Assembly (NCBI GenBank): GCA_002633005.1
Contig: NMRA01000025.1
Location: forward strand, 941,338 to 995,716
Direction: 5' to 3'
Origin: Phoronis australis
Taxonomy: Eukaryota; Animalia; Phoronida
Length of the DNA: 54,379 nt
Made by a program: the position numbers and the translations under genes. Under the pieces are notes generated by a model. It was given only the letters and a program-made list of their open reading frames with translations, did no database searches and had not been told where the DNA came from. Numbering within the stretch: position 1 is the first letter of the stretch; every line of letters starts with the position of its first letter. Positions 20,701 through 29,719 of this stretch are shown one piece after another.

Positions 20701-23700
20701 TGTTCCTGTTTTCAGATAGATTGGATGTTTTTGCGCCATTTAGTGGCTACTTTTATGAAACAAATAAACACCTCAAGAAGCACACCGTTTGCGGGGCATT
20801 TGTGAGCGCATTTCAACGCTCTGAGTTGCTCTTGTTGTAGATAGTGCTGACCAACCACATGATTCATCTTTCTATCACCGACTCTCCCTATCAAAAGACT
20901 TTTAATCCTTGAATCCAGTTTGGTTTATCAGGAATTAAAGCAGGTGATAGAGTGATGAAGCGCGAGTTTGCTTAATACCCTCAACCAAACACCTATGACA
21001 TTTTGGACCTCTTTTTTGTCTCAGTGATAGAAAAGATTCGAGAGAATGAAGTCACCAAGGTGATTCGCTACAAAGCAGCTCTATTACGACTATCAGAGGC
21101 TTATGCTGAATTGGGTAAAAAGTGCTCCATCATCTTCAAAACGCAAATGGTGAGTTGTGAACTGAATAGTACTTTGAATAACTTTCCCATGAAAAACATT
21201 TGGCTTCTCATTGTCAATGTCTGATACCGACTAATAAATTTCCAATGTAGAGGTTGACAATACCTAATAAACAAATCCGACAAGAAATTAACATAGATGT
21301 CATGATTGGGATGGAATGTGTTTACAACACAACCCATATCAAATAATTCAAACAGGAAGTGAACAATACGTCACTGACTTATTTAATTACTATCGACTAG
21401 CACATTGGTTCAAATTGGCCAAGTTCAACAAAAATAAATTTGTAAAGTCTTCAGCTCATGTCACCTTGTCTGTGAACTGTGTAGATTAATGTATTAGCTA
21501 TGTGTTTTCTTAAGCAGAGTTTAAGTGGTGATTTACCAGTTACAACTTTTGACAAAATGTGATTTCCCATAAAGAAGCGGGAAGACTTAGAACCAAGGTG
21601 GTGGAACTAGACCATCTCATATGGTGGCATCACACTTTTCATCCAAATTAAACGGTTCGATAATACCCCTGCATTGTGTTTGATCAAAGTTGGTGTTTTC
21701 ATGATATGAACACAAGATGTTTATCCTTCAATCACGACATTGCAGAATGTTACTCAGGAAATCCCTGATATAGAAACTCAGGAGCTGGAAGACATCAAGT
21801 ACACGGGTGCTGGAACATCAAGGGCACTCGTGCACGAAGCCAAAGAGAGACTGAAGAGATATCGTCGACAGTCGACTCAAATGCCGACATCTCCAATCGG
21901 TCAGCCATTAGTCAGTCCACCTACGCCAGAGCGATCCGACTCCCTGCAATGCTCATTTCAAGGTTAGATTTTATTACTATTTGTTACCAAAAGCTGTTGT
22001 AAGATGGTTAAAACATTAAATATTCCTTGATAGTTTTGTCAGAAAATTCCCAGACCTGTTCACAAACTGACCGGAAGATGTCATGAATAGGGAGTGGTGG
22101 TCATTTCTTTTCTTATCCACATCTGTGACCCAATCCGGAAGGGACCAGCAGAATTGATATAACTCATGCCCTTCATTGTCACGCTTTCTGCTGATCAGAT
22201 TGTGAATAAGTCATTTCCCATCATGAGAGCTAATTGGGTGACCAGTAAAAATTACTGATAATTTCTAATTACAAAACAGTTCTCCAGTCCTTACTAATGT
22301 AATACACCTTTGTTCTCTGTCATGAGGCAAGATTACTCTGATGGTGAATTTGGCTTATGTCCTGTTGTCTTTACGGGGAATTACGTGTCATTTTGTCTGA
22401 ATACTTATGGCTTGTACTGTACCTTGCCTGGGCCCAGTGGGTACAGATATATCCTACAACTTACGTGTTGCATTAAGACACTATCTTCCTCAGGTGCTAA
22501 CCGGGGATGATAACAGTTTCGCTGCCTACTAACGGTACTGCTATCACCGGCATCACCAGCATCAGTAAACCACCGGGTAGTGTCTGTTGGAGTCAGTCAG
22601 AGTAGATTGTCTTTGTGTGAAGCTACGATTTTCTAGATCTAGTCCTAATCTAGCTGGTTACGTGACGGACATAGGCGCTTGTGATGGACATAGGCACTTG
22701 TGATGGACATAGGCACTTGTGACGGACATAGGCACTTGTGACGGACATAGGCACTTGTGACGGACATAGGCACTTGTGACGGACATAGGCACTTGTGTCA
22801 TGATAATCAAAGTGTATTAAAACATTGCATTAGTTGGAAATTTATGCTGGACTTTTAGACAGAGTTAATGGTAAGCTCGATATATTATACTGTTTGTACT
22901 TTTTTACAGCAAAATTTTATTTTTGTATTTACAACGTGAATTATTTTTTTCAATTTTGGTGCGTGTCATCACTGTAGGTATTACTACAAACAAATGTTGG
23001 TGACTGAATGTGTGGCTTTCAGATTTTGATGATCTTCCACCCGCCTATGACCTTTTGGAGAATGTACCCATCCAGCAGACTCAACAGAGCTTTACCAGCC
23101 AAACACAGGTATAATAAGGAAGACATTACATTTAGTGCTAGTGTTGGAGTGACCACAAGTTTTGATTTGTGTTAGCACACACCGATACTTAGGCAAGAAA
23201 TGAGTCATTATTTTGCTAGCTGTTGCGAATTAGAATCATGGTAAGGATACTGTTCTATTTAAATGACGGACACGATAATGTACATTGGCTGTCATATTAC
23301 TAGATGATATAGATCATCTTTTAACCTGTAAAATCCATATCTCAGTGTTACCCAGTTTCCAATAGAAATTGTTGGGCTGGGCTAAGTTTATGTGGTGTCT
23401 CGATCGATGTAATGGAACCTCTATAGTTACAGATTTGTGAGTGGATATTTTCATGATATGCTTTAGTGATCATTACTAATTGGAAAGTGTTGTTCACATA
23501 ATTTGTAGTAATGCTTTGAGACTTATCTTGACATAGATGATTGCTCTTTCAAAGCATCGCCATCTATAAGCCTATACTGTAACTAAAGTAAACCTTGTGG
23601 ATAAGCTTACTTTCTTTCTGCACAAAACAAGCGAAATGTCCAATGAAATTTGAGCTGTCATTCTTGGGACTTTCAGTCATCTTCAGCACTAGAAGAGGTT

Positions 23701-23763
23701 ACGGCCGATGACTTGACTGGTGCCATGGGTGGGCTCAATATACGACGAGAAACCGGTGTTTGA
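8836..23763 (+). CDS. Pil1/Lsp1 (eisosome)-like BAR-domain protein, 331 aa, 10 coding exons
   Basis: Exons 8836-8864, 9727-9842, 17607-17659, 18167-18310, 19171-19227, 19460-19541, 21025-21149, 21746-21962, 23023-23108 and 23677-23763 join in frame (996 nt, all GT-AG). Protein: MDRAAKAVRRGGVKLLSLSGGHGDLNMIISELNDVKHSSKTFTKAQKSAAEYHMRWAAFEQNRAIQDTAMHMLELNSMWTEAQQEFTHQLKEYRSTFERILEGEKRVDLAKNKLCQCESKEGKIKKELKKCAKKATQDEIRVLENRLMQAEQARDLAQLELIEKIRENEVTKVIRYKAALLRLSEAYAELGKKCSIIFKTQMNVTQEIPDIETQELEDIKYTGAGTSRALVHEAKERLKRYRRQSTQMPTSPIGQPLVSPPTPERSDSLQCSFQDFDDLPPAYDLLENVPIQQTQQSFTSQTQSSSALEEVTADDLTGAMGGLNIRRETGV. The gene model is well supported; the family call is an alignment by eye to remembered yeast Pil1. 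Confidence 0.8.
9727..9842 (+). CDS. Pil1-like gene exon
   Basis: TTTTATCTTCCAG acceptor; GGVKLLSLSGGHGDLNMIISELNDVKHSSKTFTKAQKS; donor GTATAC. Confidence 0.85.
10886..11137. mobile_element. MITE with TACGGTAAAATTT termini; related ends at about 9381 and 25540-25777
   Basis: TACGGTAAAATTTCTTCAGTTTGG...CCCAAATTGAAAAATTTTACCGTA inverted pair. Confidence 0.55.
11713..11779 (+). repeat. (GT)n microsatellite
   Basis: Direct reading. Confidence 0.97.
12473..12655. mobile_element. Small TTAA-flanked MITE (Kolobok-like)
   Basis: Perfect TIR AAACCGGACGATCGCCGCACAAATGA with TTAA on both sides. Confidence 0.7.
14630..15084. mobile_element. Palindromic foldback MITE with arms of about 200 bp and 5-bp TSD
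   Basis: CAAGGTACC...GGTACCTTG; arms 14630-~14830 and ~14883-15084 are reverse complements; ATATT on both sides. Confidence 0.85.
16187..16254 (+). repeat. (GT)n microsatellite
   Basis: Direct reading; contains an N. Confidence 0.97.
16597..17043 (+). repeat. 49-50 bp minisatellite, 9 copies
   Basis: Unit ATTGGACCCGTGCTACTGAATATTTATGAGACTGTACTTTACAAAGCGTC. Confidence 0.97.
17607..17659 (+). CDS. Pil1-like gene exon
   Basis: TTTATTTCAG acceptor; AAEYHMRWAAFEQNRAIQ; donor GTATGA. Confidence 0.85.
18167..18310 (+). CDS. Pil1-like gene exon
   Basis: CTGTAG acceptor; DTAMHMLELNSMWTEAQQEFTHQLKEYRSTFERILEGEKRVDLAKNKL; donor GTGAGT. Confidence 0.9.
18566..19161 (+). mobile_element. Degenerate copy of the same HINE-like family
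   Basis: TTTTATGCATCCCCATATG..ATAATGCCATCGTC start, shared internal ATCTATT..GATG..TTTCGG.TGGATTCG block, GTTGCTCTTG end. Confidence 0.45.
19171..19227 (+). CDS. Pil1-like gene exon
   Basis: TTTTTCAG acceptor; CQCESKEGKIKKELKKCAK; donor GTAGGT. Confidence 0.82.
19460..19541 (+). CDS. Pil1-like gene exon
   Basis: TTCTTTTCAG acceptor; KATQDEIRVLENRLMQAEQARDLAQLE; donor GTAATA. Confidence 0.87.
20238..20836 (+). mobile_element. Helentron/HINE-like element, shorter copy
   Basis: TTTTATGCGCTCACATA..TATGTGAACGCA..CCGTCTGTCCGTC start and GCATTTCAACGCTCTGAGTTGCTCTTGTT end; homologous to 1094-2586. Confidence 0.6.
21025..21149 (+). CDS. Pil1-like gene exon
   Basis: TTTTTGTCTCAG acceptor; LIEKIRENEVTKVIRYKAALLRLSEAYAELGKKCSIIFKTQM; donor GTGAGT. 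Confidence 0.9.
21746..21962 (+). CDS. Pil1-like gene exon
   Basis: TGCAG acceptor; NVTQEIPDIETQELEDIKYTGAGTSRALVHEAKERLKRY...CSFQ; donor GTTAGA. Confidence 0.9.
22662..22797 (+). repeat. 19-bp minisatellite, about 7 copies
   Basis: Unit GTGACGGACATAGGCACTT. Confidence 0.95.
23023..23108 (+). CDS. Pil1-like gene exon (PPxY motif)
   Basis: CTTTCAG acceptor; DFDDLPPAYDLLENVPIQQTQQSFTSQTQ; donor GTATAA. Confidence 0.82.
23677..23763 (+). CDS. Pil1-like gene last coding exon
   Basis: CTTTCAG acceptor; SSSALEEVTADDLTGAMGGLNIRRETGV-TGA. Confidence 0.8.
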   Translation, partial: SSSALEEVTADDLTGAMGGLNIRRETGV

Positions 23764-24198
23764 CATTTGATGCAAGCATAGACGAAGCTGATTTTGTGAA
23801 TATTTGTTATTGGTTGATTCTGTGCTTCTACTCTCATAAGGTATCTGCGAGTTGGAACTTTTTATGGGTCTTCTTACGTACGCAATGAATTATGGGAAGT
23901 GCGGACTCCGCTCACATTGCGTTACACTACGTGTTCCCGTAATTTGTCGTGCTGGTATGCGTAAGAGGAGTCATAACAGGGTATCTAGGCTTTGGTTTAG
24001 GTCTATTCAAATCTGCGCAAGTTGCTGTGACAAAGCAAACTCGTTTTTGTGCAATTTATCACGTCATGAGTGAGAGGGATAGTAGGGTTGAGTTTACGTT
24101 ATGCTAGCATTTCCATGCGAAGGGTTTCAGTGTGCAATCCATCTGTTTATAGCCAAATACAGTTTGCTAGCAGCATTTAGTATGTTACTGCTGAGGAA

Positions 24199-24355
24199 CA
24201 GGGAGGGGTACTCACATTGGTAAAAGGGAGCAGGGAGGGGTACTCACGTTTGTACAAGGGAGCAGGGAGGGGTACTCACGTTTGTACAAGGGAGCAGGGA
24301 GGGGTACTCACGTTTGTACAAGGGAGCAGGGAGGGGTACTCATGTTCGTACAAGG
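24199..24355 (+). repeat. 32-bp G-rich minisatellite, about 5 copies
   Basis: Unit AGGGAGCAGGGAGGGGTACTCACGTTTGTACA. Confidence 0.95.
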
Positions 24356-24778
24356 CATATTTTAGTTCATTTTTTAACTGGGTCATGCCAGTTATGAACA
24401 CTCCACTGTCCGTCACCGTACTTACTTTATTTGTTATTTTCACGTAAAGCAGCATTAAACCCATTCTTTCTCTCTAGATAATGTAATTTGATGTAAGTCA
24501 CTTGCTGTTGTTAAATGTGTCTCATCTTGTTCATTATTTAGTCTGTAGTCATCTCTGGGTTTGAGAAGATCTTGCAGTCCATTATTTTTTCTGACCAATT
24601 TTGTAAAATGTGACCTGAAATTTTACAAGATTGGCTTGTAGAAACAACAAACTATCAGTTCTCTGGAAGCCATGACATGGCCTCCAGTTTGACTAAAGAA
24701 CAATTTGAGACTGGTTTAATAACGGTTAGTGGGTAAAGTCAAAACCTTTTTGACGAAGTATGGGTTAAATGCTGCTTA

Positions 24779-25036
24779 CAGGGCTTGGAATTTTCCTCTT
24801 TTAAGAGGAGTTCCTCTTTTTTGGTTTCAATTTCCTCTTATTTGATGTCCAGTTTCCTCTTTTTTGTCTCTTTTTTATCATTATTTTGACTTTATTCATG
24901 CAAAATCATTTATTTCAGTTAAAAATTTACAACACAAAAAATAATTCTATCACACAAACTTATTTATTTGTGGAACGAAATGATACACCACCGGGAAGCT
25001 TTTCCTCTTTTTTTTCATTGGTCATTCCAAGCCCTG
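24779..25036. mobile_element. MITE of about 250 bp, copy 2 (downstream of the Pil1-like stop, probable 3'UTR)
   Basis: TIR CAGGGCTTGGAAT...ATTCCAAGCCCTG; reverse-complement similarity to 109-357. Confidence 0.8.
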
Positions 25037-26116
25037 AAATTAGTGTTCTCATATTTTCTTAAGTGGTACTTATTGTTATGTTTAAGACGGCAACTACAGC
25101 GAGACTATTGTTGATGATGAACAATTACTTGCTAATGTCAAAATATGAAGAATCTTGCATATTTTATGTTTTGTATTGATTTCAGTTTTCTGTGCTTTTT
25201 TCAATCTTAATGATTAATTACTTAATTTTTAACACTTTGTCTGGGTTGTCTGAGATTTTGTGTAATATGTGAAATCAAAAAATCTGTTTATTGCATTTAG
25301 GTTTTTCTTTTAATGGTTCTACATTTTTGTGTACTGTAGTTTTTGATTTTAGAAAATGATTAGGTTAACCATGATGAAAAAATATTTTGTTGGATGTTTT
25401 TGTCCTTGTTTTTTGTGCTTAAAGTTCAGTTTTTAAGTTTCAACCATGGTTATTTTGATTAGTGGAAAGTTTGCCAAAATTTTCTTTTATATAAATTGAG
25501 CTATTATTATTGGGGAATCCCTGTACATTAAAAAGTGTTCAACTTGGGACAAAAATGATTGCTAAAATTGCAATATTTCTATTTTTAAGAGGTTTGCTGC
25601 TTTGTTGCAAATGCTCAAAATTTCACCAAATGTTGTTTAGTAAAAGCCAGATAATGCAAACCATGCTAAAAGCAAAGTAAATTTTCCTGAAAAATTATTT
25701 TTGTGGAGAAACTTGACAGCATGAAATTTGCCTTGTTGATCATATTAAGTCCCAAACTGAAGTCGTTTTACCGTACCTTTGGTTTGGTTTACCATCTGGT
25801 TGTGAGATTTCTGGATAACAACATTGTAGACGCCCACAAAAATAGCAAACCAGTGCAAGATACTGACCATTGTACGATGCATCGAAAATTCCGATACCAC
25901 AATAATGGAATCGACTGTCCATCTGGACAGGCACTGACTGTGCTAAAAAGTATTTAATATTTATTTCTCATTACCGACATCCTGCTTGTACTGAGGAATA
26001 TTTTAGTGTTATCTGTTTGTAACTATATTTATCATTCTACTTATATGCCGAAAATTTATGAAAGTGTTTTTTATTCAGTGTAAGAGCAATAGACATATTC
26101 CATATTCGTGTATAGA

Positions 26117-26210
26117 ATTATTTTATATTGTAGAATAGGTACTTATATATAAGGGGATAATACATTATTTTATATTGTAGAATAGGTACTTATATATAAG
26201 GGGATAATAC
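26117..26210 (+). repeat. Tandem duplication of about 47 bp
   Basis: ATTATTTTATATTGTAGAATAGGTACTTATATATAAGGGGATAATAC x2. Confidence 0.9.
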
Positions 26211-29200
26211 AATGTGTGACTTATAACTGTGCCCTCCAGCTATATAGTTGCAACATTTAATTATTTTAAGGAGAAAATGTAAGATAGCAATAAAACATGT
26301 GACTGACATTATTTACAAAAGTGACATTGTGTATTGAAATAGTTAAGGTTATTAAAGATAAGTTATACACCGATTCATTATATTGTTGATCAAGTGGTGT
26401 AACCTTGGTAATAAACCATATCAAGGATGGACTCTTAGCTTTACAACACTAACAGCAGAAAGATCTCACCTGTAGAAATTTAAACAATTTAGTATCAAAA
26501 GTGATGTAAAGGTTATGTAGCATCCTAGAAAATTGTGGTGTCGGACTTTGTTGACTTTGGAACATCATATCTCAGAAGTGGTGAATGGGATTCATACGAA
26601 ATTTGGAAATACCATGCTTCAAGCAAGGGTTTCTAAAATGTTGGTTATTGTTTTTAAAATGGGGAGATAAAAAATAGGACTTTCATAATTTTTACAAAAA
26701 ACATTAAAATTGCCTAATCTAGTTATTTTTTAGCATTAAAACATGTTTTAAAACAATCAGATATGGGAATTCAGTTATTTATCTTTTGCTTCTGGTATAA
26801 TCATCAAGAACTGACAAAGGACTTTCTAGTGACATGGCTCTTGGGCAATTCGGTTGAAAGACGGTGGAGTTGCGAAAAGTTTTATTGACAGTAAATTCCT
26901 TCGCAAGTACACACACCGGAACAAATGAAAGCTAACAACTCTCATGCATGATCGGCGCACCCTCAGCGGCCGCGAGATCGGAGTTGGCATACCAGGGAGA
27001 AAGTTCTATGGTGTGTTCTATGATGTGATGGTTGTAGAAATGAGGGCCAGGGGTGACTGTAATAGAAACGTTACAAAACACTCGCTTATAGTACTAGGAG
27101 GATCTCCGATGCCGTAGGATGTAACGATAACAAAAGAAAATGGACCAGAGAGGTTACATATATAACTAATTAAACCAACAAGGAAATAGTTTCAATGATT
27201 TAAAAGATTACTGCAGATGAACTGATGAAGACAAGATTTTACAGCATGGATGTTGTGAAAAATATAGTCAGACATTCATTCAAAATTACCCATCTTTATA
27301 CATCAGTTAGAGTTTTGGTGCCGTTTGATGTAACATGATGGAAGACGGAGGCTTGGTTTCGGACGAATGCCAACAATTAGGTGTTAGTAACCATTTTCAG
27401 GGCGAATGACACAAGTTTGGGATTACGAATATACTGTTAGTAATAAATAAGGTTATACTAAAGCACAACTCGGCAATATGATCGGCACGAGGTTTCTGCC
27501 GTTTAGTTGAGACGAACCCATGATTTTCCACTTGTTTTGTCTAAAGTTGTCACTTTCACCGTCGTGGTCAGTGAGTTCTAATCCGCCACTTCGACATGTG
27601 CAATAATGGCAAGTCCGCCAGAGGGTGTTTGTCAGTATTCAACGTTCTAAACATTATAATACTGTCCAACTCTTGCCACAAGGAGGCACCCTCAACAAAG
27701 AGTCGAATTTTGGAATTTTGAAAACAGGCCGAAAAGTCCGAAAAGGTGGTTGACATTAAAATTTAAGTCATTTTCCATAACATATGCTGATGGTGAAGAC
27801 GCCCGTTTATGTACATTGCTTATATATTCATGTATGTTGCTGGCATACGTGTCTTATTGTAGGCGTAGAACAGGAAGAGGATAGAGCTTCGTGAGTGAGG
27901 GCTATTGTGATTCCCACAGTATTCACTGACACTGGTTGTATAGTCAATTATATTGTTATGATTAACCCACACCTATGTATTATATAAATCTAGCACCCAT
28001 ACACGTCATCATTTACAAGTTCCTACAGCACGTTAACAAATCTACAGTGCATGTGAACAAGCTAAAATGTCAAATTAAATTTGTTGTTTTTTACAACGGT
28101 CGAGACCCATGATTACTCCATTCCTAATTGCCTCACAAGCTTCTTTTGTGATTTATCAGGTTAACACGTTCCTTGAATGTACTGTCCTTTTTCCCTTACC
28201 ATAGTCACAAGCAAATTATGTCAACAACAGGTGTGGACCAATGTTGGATACGCCACGTGCTGCCTCGAGGACATGACATTGTCACAACAGAGGTACTACC
28301 TCTCCCTGTCGCCTCCTACAACTGGACGAGGCAGTAGGCCTAGAGGTGTTGTCTTAACTAAATGGCACAGTCTGTCCTGATTAATCAACACAGAAGAATG
28401 CCAGGCAAATTCAGATATTGTTTGAGGAAACGGTACTGCAGATTTGGCTCGAGAGAGGGTTACAAACAGTGCTACCAGGTTCTGGACTCAAAATCTCTAC
28501 TTCCTGGGCTAATAACAATGTGACCTCACTGTTCCCTTGTCACCTCTTAACATTTATGGATTGTTGAAGACTAGCCAAGTGGCAGAGGGAGCTGTGTGAG
28601 TTTGCAGTTTTACCACCAACACTCAGTACGCCTGGTAACTGGAACAATGTGGACATTAGTATTGTGTTAATAAATAAAAGGAGGTCAGCGTAATTCGGAA
28701 AATCAAGTAGGACTAGGTCCAGGTTCTGATTAAGGTCGTGACCGCCTTTGTATGTTATGCCTACCCATGTGTCAAGGCACCATTAAATAGCCTATAGTAT
28801 ACACAGAGATTTGTACAAAGCATAAAGTTTCAGTACTCTTTTGCACATTTTCACGTAAAATACCTCCTGCTTTATCGAGCGAAGTCCTGGACTTTTTGCC
28901 AGAACTTACAAGACTGCCTCGGGAACGTTGTACTCTTCCATTACAGTTGACAGTGGTAGGCCTAATTTGAACCGGCAGTACAAGCCAGTGTTGTTTAACT
29001 ACGCTGAAAATCTGAGCCATCTTCGAATATCCTAATTCGGTGCTCTCTCTATCATTGCCACATGCGCTGTAACGTTGTAAACCAAATGGGAACACAATAA
29101 ATTTCGGAAAAAATAACCTGGTAGTACAAGAGTGTATGTCATCACCGTCAATATTCTCAAGCCCTAACTTAAACTGGGTTTCCACTTCGTTGATTCGGGA

Positions 29201-29719
29201 TGTCCATTCTAGAGAACTGTCTTGATGGTTCCCAAGACAATTCACTGATTTTTCCCTAATTCACGGTATCACGTACCTCCTCGAGAAAACTGCTATCGCT
29301 TGACTAATTTATCTTTACTGACTATCATGGACCTAGACGTCTCTCCTTTAAATACCATACGTTCACATTTCACGATATATTATAGGGGTCGTAAAATTGT
29401 TCTGGCACGATCTGGTGACTATTATTAATGCCATGATGCCATCGTCTCAAATGCTCTGCAAACAGTTCCCGGCCGTTACTTAACTTAATTCATGACATAC
29501 CAAGAAACCCGTGGACCCACTCTTCAGTGAAGACTTGTTTACGTAGTTGTCTTTTGTCACAAGTTGTGCAGTTCTAAACGATAATACGAAAATGTAAATC
29601 TTCCACTGGATAGGGCGAAACTGGCAAACTTCCTTTACGATTTGTTGGGAACTAACGCTCCTTCAGTTTATCCACCTACTACTGCTCGTTCAATATTTTC
29701 CAAAAAATCGTTTGCTACA

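Noticed and set aside
9727-21962. FGFR1OP2/SIKE or generic coiled-coil identity for the plus-strand gene
   Set aside because: My first impression from isolated exons; the full spliced protein lacks that family's pattern and fits Pil1/Lsp1 collinearly.
28772-29245. 157-aa minus-strand ORF
   Set aside because: Non-ATG start, no recognisable motif, no convincing splice partners.
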